Source of the DNA: Eledone cirrhosa
Lineage: Eukaryota
Reading direction: 5' to 3'
Assembly: GCA_964016885.1 (NCBI GenBank)
Contig: OZ024756.1
Span: 2,852,001-2,916,000, forward strand
DNA length: 64,000 bases
Shown here: positions 36,201 to 48,608 of the stretch, piece after piece
How the letters are laid out: every line of letters begins with the position of its first letter
Numbering within the stretch: the first letter of the stretch is position 1
Position numbers and translations under genes: made by a program
The notes under the pieces: generated by a model
What the model was told of the DNA's origin: nothing
Databases searched by the model: none
What the model saw: the letters and a program-made list of their open reading frames with translations, nothing else

Positions 36201-38963
36201 GTGGCTGTACTTACAGTTGTTAGTTAGCGTGACTGTAGTTACAGTTGTTAGTCAGCGTGGTTGTAGTTACAGTTGCTAGTCAGCGTGGCTATAGTTACAG
36301 TTGTTAGTCAGCGTGGCTATAGTTACAGTTGTTAGTCAGCGTGGCTGTAGTTACAGTTGCTAGTCAGCGTGGCTATAGTTACAGTTGTTAGTCAGCGTGG
36401 CTATAGGTACAGTTGTTAGTCAGCGTGGCTGTAGTTACAGTTGTTAGTCAGTGTGGCTATAGTTACAGTTGTTAGTCAGCGTGGCTGTACTTACAGTTGT
36501 TAGTTAGCGTGACTGTAGTTACAGTTGTTAGTCAGCGTGGTTGTAGTTACAGTTGTTAGTCAGCGTGGTTGTAGTTACAGTTGTTAGTCAGCGTGGTTGT
36601 AGTTACAGTTGTTAGTCAGTGTGGCTATAGTTACAGTTGTTAGTCAGCGTGGCTGTACTTACAGTTGTTAGTTAGCGTGACTGTAGTTACAGTTGTTAGT
36701 CAGCGTGGTTGTAGTTACAGTTGTTAGTCAGCGTGGTTGTAGTTACAGTTGTTAGTCAGTGTGGCTATAGTTACAGTTGTTAGTCAGCGTGGCTGTACTT
36801 ACAGTTGTTAGTTAGCGTGACTGTAGTTACAGTTGTTAGTCAGCGTGGTTGTAGTTACAGTTGCTAGTCAGCGTGGCTATAGTTACAGTTGTTAGTCAGC
36901 GTGGCTATAGTTACAGTTGTTAGTCAGCGTGGCTGTAGTTACAGTTGCTAGTCAGCGTGGCTATAGTTACAGTTGTTAGTCAGCGTGGCTATAGTTACAG
37001 TTGTTAGTCAGCGTGGCTATAGTTACAGTTGTTAGTCAGCGTGGCTGTACTTACAGTTGTTAGTTAGCGTGACTGTAGTTACAGTTGTTAGTCAGCGTGG
37101 TTGTAGTTTCAGTTGTTAGTCAGCGTGGCTATAGTTACAGTTGTTAGTCAGCGTGGCTATAGTTACAGTTGTTAGTCAGCGTGGCTGTAGTTACAGTTGT
37201 TAGTCAGTGTGGCTATAGTTACAGTTGTTAGTCAGCGTGGCTGTACTTACAGTTGTTAGTTAGCGTGACTGTAGTTACAGTTGTTAGTCAGCGTGGCTGT
37301 AGTTACAGTTGTTAGTCAGCGTGGCTCTAGTTACAGTTGTTAGTCAGCGTGGCTGTAGTTACAGTTGTTAGTCAGTGAAGCTGTAGTTACAGTTGTTAGT
37401 CAGCGTGGTTGTAGTTACAGTTGTTATTCAGTGAGGCTGTAGTTACAGTTGTTAGTCAGTGAAGCTGTAGTTACAGTTGTTAGTCAGTGAAGCTGTAGTT
37501 ACAGTTGTTAGTCAGCGTGGCTGTAGTCACAGTTGTTAGTCAGCGTGGTTGTAGTTACAGTTGTTAGTCAGCGTGGCTATAGTCACAGTTGTTAGTCAGC
37601 GTGGCTATAGTTACAGTTGTTAGTCAGCGTGGCTGTAGTTACAGATGTTAGTCAGTGAAGCTGTAGTTACAGTTGTTATTCAGTGAGGCTGTAGTTACAG
37701 TTGTTAGTCAGTGAAGCTGTAGTTACAGTTGTTAGTCAGTGAAGCTGTAGTTACAGTTGTTAGTCAGCGATGCTGTAGTTACAGTTGTTATTCAGTGAGG
37801 CTGTAGTTACAGTTGTTAGTCAGTGAAGCTGTAGTTACAGTTGTTAGTCAGTGAAGCTGTAGTTACAGTTGTTAGTCAGCGTGGCTGTAGTCACAGTTGT
37901 TAGTCAGCGTGGTTGTAGTTACAGTTGTTAGTCAGCGTGGCTATAGTTACAGTTGTTAGTCAGCGTGGCTATAGTTACAGTTGTTAGTCAGCGTGGCTGT
38001 AGTTACAGTTGTTAGTCAGTGAAGCTGTAGTTACAGTTGTTATTCAGTGAGGCTGTAGTTACAGTTGTTAGTCAGTGAAGCTGTAGTTACAGTTGTTAGT
38101 CAGTGAAGCTGTAGTTACAGTTGTTAGTCAGCGATGCTGTAGTCACAGTTGTTAGTCAGTGTGGCTGTAGTTACAGTTGTTAGTCAGTGAAGCTGTTGTT
38201 ACAGTTGTTAGTCAGCGATGCTGTAGTCACAGTTGTTAGTCAGTGTGGCTGTAGTTACAGTTGTTAGTCAGTGAAGCTGTTGTTATAGTTGTTAGTCAGC
38301 GGGGCTATAGTTACAGTTGTTAGTCAGCGTAGCTGTATTCACAGTTGTTAGTCAGCGTAGCTATAGTTACAGTTGTTAGTCAGCGTTTTTATAGTTACAG
38401 TTGTTAGTCAGCGTAGCTGTAGTCACAAACGTAAGTCAGCGTGGCTATAATTACAGTTTTTAGTCAGCGTGGCTATAGTTACAGTTGTTAGTCAGCGTGG
38501 CTATAGTTACAGTTGTTAGTCAGCGAGGCTATAGTTACAGTTGTTAGTTAGCGAAGCTCTAGTTACAGTTGTTAGTCAGCGTGGCTATAGTTACAGTTGT
38601 TAGTCAGCGTGGCTATAGTTACAGTTGTTAGTCAGCGTGGCTATAGTTACAGTTGTTAGTCAGCGTGGCTGTAGTTACAGTTGTTAGTCAGCGTGGCTAT
38701 AGATGCAGTTGTTAGTCAGCTTGGCTGTAGCTACAGTTGTTAGTCAGCGTAGCTATAGTTACAGTTGTTAGTCAGCGAAGCTGTAGTCACAGTTGTTAGT
38801 TAGCGTGGCTATAATTACAGTTGTTAGTCAGTGTGGCTGTAGTTACTGTTGTTAGTCAGTGAAGCTGTAGTTACAGTTGTTAGTCAGCGTGGCTATAGGT
38901 ACAGTTGTTAGTCAGCGAAGCTGTAGTCACAGTTGCTAGACAGTGTGGCTATAGTGACAGTTG
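211..38963. repeat. 28-bp satellite array, ~1,380 monomers, consensus GTTGTTAGTCAG(CGTG/CGAG/TGAA/CGAA)GCT(A/G)TAGTTACA
   Basis: AGTCAG recurs at 721, 749, 777 (period 28) and throughout. Both strands carry stop codons in every frame, and the ORF track is empty here. Confidence 0.98.
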
Positions 38964-39140
38964 TAGGTGGTTTAGCTGTTATTGCTGTTGTTGTTGATGT
39001 TGTTGTTAGTGTGTGAGGCTGTAGTTACAGTCTTAGGTAGTTCAGCTGTTAAATATAATTCTCAGGCTGCAGTTACAGTTGTTGTTAGTCAACAAGGCTG
39101 TAGTTACAGTTGTATGTAGTTTAGCTGTGAAATGTAATTT
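38964..39140. repeat. degenerate satellite edge / proto-monomers
   Basis: Three copies of gttacagttgtaggtagtttagctgt-like sequence interleaved with partial monomers (gaggctgtagttacag, gttgttagtcaacaaggctgtagttacag). Confidence 0.7.
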
Positions 39141-39247
39141 CCACATCCGTTCCGCCATGTTAGTTTGAATCTATTTTCTCTTTGCTTTTGTCAAATATTC
39201 CCAACCATCTGGCATTGCAGTCAAATTTGACCACTACCTCATTATCA

Positions 39248-39662
39248 TTTGTTGTCGTTGTTGTTCTTATTGTCGTTGTTGTTGTTATTGTTGTTGTTAT
39301 TGCTGTTGTTGTTGCTGTTGTTATTGCCGTTGTTATTGCTGTTGTTGTTATTGCTGTTATTATTAATGTTATTATTGATGTTGCTATTGCCGCTGTTATT
39401 GTTTGTTATTATTGCTGTTGTTATTGATGTTATTGCTATTGTTGTTGTTGTTGTTGCTGCTGTCATTGCTGTTATTATTGCTATTGCTGTTGTTGTTGTT
39501 GTAGTTGTTGTTGTTGTTGATGTTATTGCTGTTATTATTGCTGCTGTTATTGCTCTTGTTGTGGTTGTTGTTGATACTGTTGTTCTTGTCGTTGTTGCAG
39601 CTGTTGTTGTTGTTCTTGTCGTTGCAGCTATTGTTGTTGTTATTGTAGCTTTCGTTACAGTC
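39248..39662. repeat. degenerate (GTT/ATT/GCT)n low-complexity tract
   Basis: Same composition as 1-210; source of the poly-V, poly-L and poly-N ORFs in the track. Confidence 0.9.
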
Positions 39663-39699
39663 GATTGACCCTCATAACAAAACCAATTAGCGTCTATTC

Positions 39700-39990
39700 C
39701 ATCTTACGTGGCATCATGGTCAATTGTCGTTTACCAAGGCCGTGGGTTGACCCATGCTTTCTTGGTGAAATTTGGTAGACAGAAACTATGACGAATCCCG
39801 TCAATTTGAATATGTCTGTAATTCGAAGTGGCATCACTGTCACATATTGTGTCACGATGAATCTACGTGTGAATTAGATCAGAGCTACACGTGCCTGTGG
39901 AATGTTCATCTGCAAGCAGTTCCATTTAACCGAACAACTGCTGCAGTAATCGTTGAAATCGACGGGGGTGCATTCCATTCCACAGAAATC
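39700..39990 (+). mobile_element. decayed interspersed repeat resembling a common octopus SINE-like family
   Basis: ttggtgaaatttggtagacagaaactatgacgaatcccgtc and tgtcacatattgtgtcacgatgaatc...acacgtgcctgtggaatg resemble cephalopod SINE bodies as I recall them; not verified by search. Confidence 0.4.
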
Positions 39991-40060
39991 TAACTTTCAA
40001 AGAAGTACACTAAAGGTTAGCAACGAACGCATCATCAAATGCTGACCTAAAATATTTTAC

Positions 40061-40259
40061 CTCTTACAAAGTGATAATCGCAACCAGATGGAACGTAAGC
40101 TGTTGCGTGCATTTCGCTTTTTGCAGCAACTCGTCTTCATAAAAACTCTTTCGTCTGAATATTCGGTGTTGTCGTAAAGTTTTTGAAGCCTCAAGGTGCT
40201 TTTGTGAAGAATTCGGGCGATAGATCGGCTGCTTCGTCTTGAGTTACATTTCTCTTGGG
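40061..40259 (-). CDS. possible internal coding exon of an unknown gene (QEKCNSRRSSRSIARILHKSTLRLQKLYDNTEYSDERVFMKTSCCKKRNARNSLRSIWLRLSLCK)
   Basis: 199-nt non-repetitive, more GC-rich block bounded by ...cacAG| and |GTaaaa on the minus strand, with one frame open throughout. Polypyrimidine tract is weak and I recognise no homology. Confidence 0.25.
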
Positions 40260-40284
40260 CTGTGTTTATATATTGTAGGCAAAA

Positions 40285-40695
40285 ATATATATACATACGT
40301 ACATATACATATATACATAGATATATAGATACATATATATACATACATACATATATACCTATATACATACAAATATGCATACATGCATACATATATATAT
40401 AGATACATATATACATACATGCACACCTATATAGATACTTACATACATTATATATATATATATAACATACGTACATGCATACTTACATAATACATATATA
40501 TACATACACATATACATACATAGAAAGAAAGGCATAATAAATATAAACCACCATATGTATATATACATGGTTATTTATATTTATTATATCTTTGTATGTA
40601 CGTATGTATATAAATGTGTATAAATATGTATGTATGTATTATATATGTATAAATAATTATATATATATATATACAAACATATAAATATACAATGG

Positions 40696-40729
<34 letters not shown>

Positions 40730-40892
40730 TACATACATATATTATGAGATACAAGCATATACATTCATACATACATGTATAGTACAAACATACATATATT
40801 AAGCGATATAAGTATACACATAGGTTTGTTTGAGTGTATACGTATGTATACATATTTGTATCTGTGTGGATGGGTATTTATATATATATATA

Positions 40893-40897
<5 letters not shown>
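40285..40897. repeat. degenerate (TA)n/(TACA)n microsatellite
   Basis: Direct inspection. Confidence 0.9.
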
Positions 40898-41164
<267 letters not shown>

Positions 41165-41174
41165 AGATATTCGA

Positions 41175-44100
41175 GTACTACAATGGTATACATGTCTAGT
41201 ACTTCACAGTACTTTAGTATCTACAATGGTATATATTTCTAGGACTGTCTCCACAGTACTTTAGTATCTACAATGGTATATATTTCTAGGACTGTCTCCC
41301 CAGTACTTTAGTATCTACAATGGTATATATTTCTAGGACTGTCTACACAGTACTTTAGTATCTACAATGGTATATATTTCTAGGACTGTCTTCACAGTAC
41401 TTTAGTATCTACAATGGTATATATTTCTAGGACTGTCTCCCCAGTACTTTAGTATCTACAATGGTATATATTTTTAGGACTGTCTACACAGTACTTTAGT
41501 ATCTACAATGGTATATATTTCTAGGACTGTCTCCCCAGTACTTTAGTATCTACAATGGTATATATTTCTAGGACTGTCTACACAGTACTTTAGTATCTAC
41601 AATGGTATATATTTCTAGGACTGTCTTCACAGTACTTTAGTATCTACAATGGTATATATTTCTAGGACTGTCTCCCCAGTACTTTAGTATCTACAATGGT
41701 ATATATTTTTAGGACTGTCTACACAGTACTTTAGTATCTACAATGGTATATATTTCTAGGACTGTCTACACAGTACTTTAGTATCTACAATGGTATATAT
41801 TTTTAGGACTGTCTACACATTACTTTAGTATCTACAATGGTATATATTTCTAGGACTGTCTTCACAGTACTTTAGTATCTACAATGGTATATATTTCTAG
41901 GACTGTCTCCACAGTACTTTAGTATCTACAATGGTATATATTTCTAGGACTGTCTCCCCAGTACTTTATTATCTACAATGGTATATATTTCTAGGACTGT
42001 CTACACAGTACTTTAGTATCTACAATGGTATATATTTCTAGGACTGTCTACACAGTACTTTAGTATCTACAATGGTATATATTTTTAGGACTGTCTACAC
42101 AGTACTTTAGTATCTACAATGGTATATATTTCTAGGACTGTCTTCACAGTACTTTAGTATCTACAATGGTATATATTTCTAGGACTGTCTCCCCAGTACT
42201 TTAGTATCTACAATGGTATATATTTTTAGGATTGTCTACACAGTACTTTAGTATCTACAATGGTATATATTTTTAGGACTGTCTACATAGTACTTTAGTA
42301 TCTACAATGGTATATATTTCTAGGACTGTCTTCACAGTACTTTAGTATCTACAATGGTATATATTTCTAGGACTGTCTTCACAGTACTTTAGTATCTACA
42401 ATGGTGTATATTTCTAGGACTGTCTCCCCAGTACTTTAGTATCTACAATGGTATATATTTCTAGGACTGTCTACACAGTACTTTAGTATCTACAATGGTA
42501 TATATTTCTAGGACTGTCTCCCCAGTACTTTAGTATCTACAATGGTATATATATTTAGGACTGTCTACACAGTACTTTAGTATCTACAATGGTATATATT
42601 TTTAGGACTGTCTATACAGTACTTTAGTATCTACAATGGTATATATTTCTAGGACTGTCTCCCCAGTACTTTAGTATCTACAATGGTAAATATTTCTAGG
42701 ACTGTCTTCACAGTACTTTAGTATCTACAGTGGTATATATTTATAGGACTGTCTTCCCAGTACTTTAGTATCTACAATGGTATATATTTCTAGTACTTCA
42801 CAGTACTTTAGTATCTACAATGGTATATATTTTTAGGACTGTCTACACAGTACTTTAGTATCTACAATGGTATATATTTCTAGGATTGTCTTCACAGTAC
42901 TTTAGTATCTACAATGGTATATATTTCTAGGTCTGTCTACACAGTACTTTAGTATCTACAATGGTATATATTTCTAGGACTGTCTACTCAGTACTTTAGT
43001 ATCTACAATGGTATATATTTCTAGGACTGTCTTCCCAGTACTTTAGTATCTACAATGGTATATATTTATAGGACTGTCTCTCCAGTACTTTAGTATCTAC
43101 AATGGTATATATTTCTAGGACTGTCTACACAGTACTTTAGTATCTACAATGGTATATATTTCTAGGACTGTCTACACAGTACTTTAGTATCTACAATGGT
43201 ATATATTTTTAGGACTGTCTACACAGTACTTTAGTATCTACAATGGTATATATTTCTAGGACTGTCTTCACAGTACTTTAGTATCTACAATGGTATATAT
43301 TTCTAGGACTGTCTCCCCAGTACTTTAGTATCTACAATGGTATATATTTTTAGGACTGTCTACACAGTACTTTAGTATCTACAATGGTATATATTTTTAG
43401 GACTGTCTACACAGTACTTTAGTATCTACAATGGTATATATTTCTAGGACTGTCTTCACAGTACTTTAGTATCTACAGTGGTATATATTTCTAGGACTGT
43501 CTTCTCAGTACTTTAGTATCTACAATGGTATATATTTCTAGTACTTCACAGTACTTTAGTATCTACAATGGTATATATTTTTAGGACTGTCTACACAGTA
43601 CTTTAGTATCTACAATGGTATATATTTCTAGGATTGTCTTCACAGTACTTTAGTATCTACAATGGTATATATTTCTAGGTCTGTCTACACAGTACTTTAG
43701 TATCTACGATGGTATATATTTCTAGGACTGTCTACACAGTACTTTAGTATCTACAATGGTATATATTTCTAGGACTGTCTTCCCAGTACTTTAGTATCTA
43801 CAATGGTATATATTTATAGGACTGTCTCCCCAGTACTTTAGTATCTACAATGGTATATATTTCTAGGACTGTCTACACAGTACTTTAGTATCTACAATGG
43901 TATATATTTCTAGGACTGTCTACACAGTACTTTAGTATCTACAGTGGTATATATTTCTAGAACTGTCTACACAGTACTTTAGTATCTACAATGGTATATA
44001 TTTCTAGTACTTCACAGTACTTTAGTATCTACAATGGTATATATTTCTAGTACTTCACAGTACTTTAGTATCTACAATGGTATATATTTCTAAGACTGTC

Positions 44101-44340
44101 TACACAGTACTTTAGTATCTACAATGGTATATATTTCTAGTACTTCACAGTACTTTAGTATCTACAATGGTATATATTTCTAGTACTTCACAGTATTTTA
44201 GTATCTACAATGGTATATATTTCTAAGACTGTCTACACAGTACTTTAGTATCTACAATGGTATATATTTCCAGTACTTCACAGTACTTTAGTATCTACAA
44301 TGGTATTAGTATAGTTCTAGGTCTGTCTTCACAGTACTTT
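41175..44340. repeat. 47-bp satellite (~67 copies), CTACAATGGTATATATTTCTAGGACTGTCT(NNN)CAGTACTTTAGTAT, with a 43-bp variant
   Basis: ctacaat at 41221 and 41268 (period 47). The 43-bp form (...tttctagtacttcacag) occurs at both ends and at ~42790 and ~43540. Confidence 0.97.
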
Positions 44341-44391
44341 ATTGTCTGACTTAGGGTGACCTTCACCTAGTTCAAGTTCTGGTAATCCTTG

Positions 44392-44722
44392 AAGATGATG
44401 ATGATGACCATGTTGATTATGGTGTTGGTGGTGGTGGTGGTGGTGGTGGCGGTGGTGGTGGCGATGGTGGTGATGGTGTTGGTAATGTCGGTGGTCGTGG
44501 TGGTGGTGATGTTGGTATTGACGGTGGTGGTGGTGGTGATGGCGGTTCAGCTGATGCTGATGATGATGGTGATGATGATGGTGTTTGTGATGATGGTGGT
44601 GGATGATGATGGTGATGTATTATGAAGATGAAGTTGATGAGGATGATGATGATGATGACATTAAAGATAATTATTATGTTGATGGTGGAGGTCGTGATGG
44701 TGATGGTAGAGGTGGAGATAAT
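44392..44722. repeat. (GAT/GGT)n trinucleotide microsatellite
   Basis: Direct inspection; source of the poly-M/V and poly-P/H ORFs. Confidence 0.9.
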
Positions 44723-44981
44723 GAATTTTCGAATTGACAGAGGCGGCAGAGCGACGGACATTATATTCCATGGTACACAGCAGTATCTCACCGCTCAGAC
44801 GTCAAATACGCCCGTGTTTAATTGTATCTTATTATTCCTAGATCGATAAATAACAAACCCCCCACACACACACTCACGCACACACACACTCACACACACT
44901 CACACACCCACACACATATATATATACATACATGTATATAGTGATACATATCTACATGCATATATTTATAAATATTTACAC

Positions 44982-45030
<49 letters not shown>

Positions 45031-45242
45031 TGTATATACTTACATGTACACATATATTCTGTGAATATTTATATGTATATATACATGTTCATACATGCAT
45101 ATATGTACTTATATATATATATATATACCTATAGAAAAGATGAATATAAAATGAAAGTGCTTTTATAAAGGAATTTATTAGGTATTGACATATGTTTCTG
45201 TAATAGACGGAATACCTATGTATCGCTGCTTGTGTAATCATA

Positions 45243-45300
45243 TAATTGTTTCTACGTTAGGCACAAGGCCAGCAAATTATCCAGTATATTACTGGTGCTT
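45243..45300 (-). mobile_element. 3' fragment of the tRNA-derived SINE
   Basis: Reverse complement accagtaatatactggataatttgctggccttgtgcctaacgtagaaacaatt matches the SINE tail at ~53312-53363. Confidence 0.7.
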
Positions 45301-45807
45301 GCGTAATCATATAATGTTAGCAAGTATTCGATAGCAAATGTATAATCAGTTGTCACTTCTTCACAGATATTGGATAAATTGGAAAAAATCAGAAAAATCA
45401 AAGTATTTATATTAGTTGTAAGAAAGAAAGAAGAGAAGGGATAGTATATGACAGATGGCAATTCAATTTGCTGGTAAACAAGTATATAGAAGGTTTTTAA
45501 TGAGAATACAATGAGCATATGGCTTATTTTATCTAAATAAGAATTTTTGGGAGTGCCTGTTTTAATCTATATTTGACCAGTTGAACAATGGACAGGGCTG
45601 GTCGTTTGGTGTAGTAGTATTAATACAGTTATAAAGTGTCAAGTAAGGAAGAGAGAGATTTTCCCTGTTACTGTATAACAACAATGCTGGTACCCTACTG
45701 GTATACGCATTAGGGAATTGAATTAAGAAATCTCATTTTATCTATAGCAGTTTATATTAAATGGTAAATAATAGAAGAGTTGATAGAATTAAGAGTAATA
45801 GTGAATG

Positions 45808-45848
<41 letters not shown>

Positions 45849-46219
45849 AAATTATTAGATTTTACATACATATTTAGAGAGGAAAATTCCTATTTCTGTC
45901 CGTGTTTGTCATACGTTCTCTAACAGAGAACGAATGACAAACAAAATCATTTTCCTTCCCCTTTTTATTATTTGTATAAATGTGCAACATAATTACATTA
46001 TGCGTATCCGCAGTTGAAAAAGCATATAATGCTGAAACCGGTACCTTTATTAAATGTGGAAATATCCACTTTATAAATAAATGTTTTGATATTATACTGA
46101 AAGAATCTCTTCAGCATTTTCTACTGAAAAATCTTTTTCCTCTCTACTATTTGTTTTATATATATCAACTGGTTTGTTACTTTTCTATATACCATATATA
46201 TATATATATATATATATAT

Positions 46220-46464
46220 ATTTCGTTTCTGAATTTGTTTAGCAAGATTCTTTATCTGAAATCGTGTGTTGAAACCGATATTGTTATACTTTGGGAGGGT
46301 CATGTTGCCAATAATAATATATAAACAACCATCTGGTTGTGGAACCAACCAACCAACCAGAAATTTATAACTTTATAAATTTATTATAAATTTATTATAA
46401 TAAATTGAAGTGAAAGCAACTGGTGCGTGTGTTTCTTATTGGCAACATGACCCTCCCAAAGTAT

Positions 46465-46472
<8 letters not shown>
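46220..46472. mobile_element. fold-back element family A, copy 1, in (TA)n
   Basis: Inverted repeat atattgttatactttgggagggtcatgttgccaataa (46278-46314) / ttattggcaacatgaccctcccaaagtataacaatat (46436-46472); a second copy lies in opposite orientation at 55675-55905. Confidence 0.75.
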
Positions 46473-46547
<75 letters not shown>

Positions 46548-46687
46548 GTTTACAAACGAATCGAGCATTATTATTAATGTTCGATATAACACATATGTAC
46601 ACATATATATGTATATATGTGTGCGTGTATATACATATACAAATATGTGTATATATATATATATATAGAGAGGCCGGAAGATAGGTA

Positions 46688-46732
46688 AATATTGCTGATG
46701 AGATGTAACAACATCGAAACTAGTTCAATATT
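46688..46732 (+). ncRNA. minimal type I hammerhead ribozyme, copy 1
   Basis: AATATTG-CTGATGA-GATGT(AACA)ACATC-GAAA-C(TA)G-TT-CAATATT: 7-bp stem I, canonical core, 5-bp stem II, palindromic ACTAGT stem III; predicted cleavage GUU^ after 46725. Confidence 0.85.
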
Positions 46733-47156
46733 CCTTGTCTGGCTTTCTGGAGAATAGAGGAAAGGTGTTTCCTAAAAAACCCAGTATGACTCTAAAAACC
46801 GGTTTGTCTGTGTGTTTACATACAGAATAGCTGGACACTCACAGTAAAGTGACCAGTGAAAAACTCGGTACATCTACATATGTATACGTGTGTGTAATCA
46901 TATGCATACTAGTATTTCAGTATACATATGTGGATGTACATTTTTTTAACTTAATTGTTTAAGCGTCAGTCATACAAAAGTGAGTTACAAACGAAACGAA
47001 ATTTAATTTCGTTTCGTTATTTGTTTTTATCGTCTCCGTTGAACCGGTACGTACTCACGCTCTATGCAAATTAGTCTGCCCACTACTAATTTTCATAGAA
47101 AAAGCATATAACGATATGTGCTTTTACGATTCTCTAGAGAGGCCGGAAGATAGGTA

Positions 47157-47201
47157 AATATTGCTGATGAGATGTAACAACATCGAAACTAGTTCAATAT
47201 T
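47157..47201 (+). ncRNA. minimal type I hammerhead ribozyme, copy 2
   Basis: Identical to 46688-46732, offset +469. Confidence 0.85.
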
Positions 47202-47625
47202 CCTTGTCTGGCTTTCTGGAGAATAGAGGAAAGGTGTTTCCTAAAAAACCCAGTATGACTCTAAAAACCGGTTTGTCTGTGTGTTTACATACAGAATAGC
47301 TGGACACTCACAGTAAAGTGACCAGTGAAAAACTCGGTACATCTACATATGTATACGTGTGTGTAATCATATGCATACTAGTATTTCAGTATACATATGT
47401 GGATGTACATTTTTTTAACTTAATTGTTTAAGCGTCAGTCATACAAAAGTGAGTTACAAACGAAACGAAATTTAATTTCGTTTCGTTATTTGTTTTTATC
47501 GTCTCCGTTGAACCGGTACGTACTCACGCTCTATGCAAATTAGTCTGCCCACTACTAATTTTCATAGAAAAAGCATATAACGATATGTGCTTTTACGATT
47601 CTCTAGAGAGGCCGGAAGATAGGTA

Positions 47626-47670
47626 AATATTGCTGATGAGATGTAACAACATCGAAACTAGTTCAATATT
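47626..47670 (+). ncRNA. minimal type I hammerhead ribozyme, copy 3
   Basis: Identical to 46688-46732, offset +938. Confidence 0.85.
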
Positions 47671-48094
47671 CCTTGTCTGGCTTTCTGGAGAATAGAGGAA
47701 AGGTGTTTCCTAAAAAACCCAGTATGACTCTAAAAACCGGTTTGTCTGTGTGTTTACATACAGAATAGCTGGACACTCACAGTAAAGTGACCAGTGAAAA
47801 ACTCGGTACATCTACATATGTATACGTGTGTGTAATCATATGCATACTAGTATTTCAGTATACATATGTGGATGTACATTTTTTTAACTTAATTGTTTAA
47901 GCGTCAGTCATACAAAAGTGAGTTACAAACGAAACGAAATTTAATTTCGTTTCGTTATTTGTTTTTATCGTCTCCGTTGAACCGGTACGTACTCACGCTC
48001 TATGCAAATTAGTCTGCCCACTACTAATTTTCATAGAAAAAGCATATAACGATATGTGCTTTTACGATTCTCTAGAGAGGCCGGAAGATAGGTA

Positions 48095-48139
48095 AATATT
48101 GCTGATGAGATGTAACAACATCGAAACTAGTTCAATATT
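48095..48139 (+). ncRNA. minimal type I hammerhead ribozyme, copy 4
   Basis: Identical to 46688-46732, offset +1407. Confidence 0.85.
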
Positions 48140-48563
48140 CCTTGTCTGGCTTTCTGGAGAATAGAGGAAAGGTGTTTCCTAAAAAACCCAGTATGACTCT
48201 AAAAACCGGTTTGTCTGTGTGTTTACATACAGAATAGCTGGACACTCACAGTAAAGTGACCAGTGAAAAACTCGGTACATCTACATATGTATACGTGTGT
48301 GTAATCATATGCATACTAGTATTTCAGTATACATATGTGGATGTACATTTTTTTAACTTAATTGTTTAAGCGTCAGTCATACAAAAGTGAGTTACAAACG
48401 AAACGAAATTTAATTTCGTTTCGTTATTTGTTTTTATCGTCTCCGTTGAACCGGTACGTACTCACGCTCTATGCAAATTAGTCTGCCCACTACTAATTTT
48501 CATAGAAAAAGCATATAACGATATGTGCTTTTACGATTCTCTAGAGAGGCCGGAAGATAGGTA

Positions 48564-48608
48564 AATATTGCTGATGAGATGTAACAACATCGAAACTAGT
48601 TCAATATT
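48564..48608 (+). ncRNA. minimal type I hammerhead ribozyme, copy 5
   Basis: Identical to 46688-46732, offset +1876. Confidence 0.85.

Noticed and set aside
211-38963. CRISPR-like reading (constant ~20 nt plus variable ~8 nt)
   Set aside because: Variable parts are a few point variants of one sequence, not unique spacers; no cas genes; eukaryotic context.
211-38963. Repetitive protein-coding exon or telomeric repeat
   Set aside because: The 28-bp period shifts frame and both strands carry TAG/TAA/TGA; TTAG is not followed by GG, so it is not TTAGGG.
41175-44340. CRISPR array or tRNA-like array with variable anticodons
   Set aside because: Only 3 variable bases, no cloverleaf and no A/B boxes.
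44740-44850. Decayed SINE or exon after the GAT/GGT tract
   Set aside because: Only faint similarity (tcaaatacgcc..tcgataaa) and no convincing splice context.
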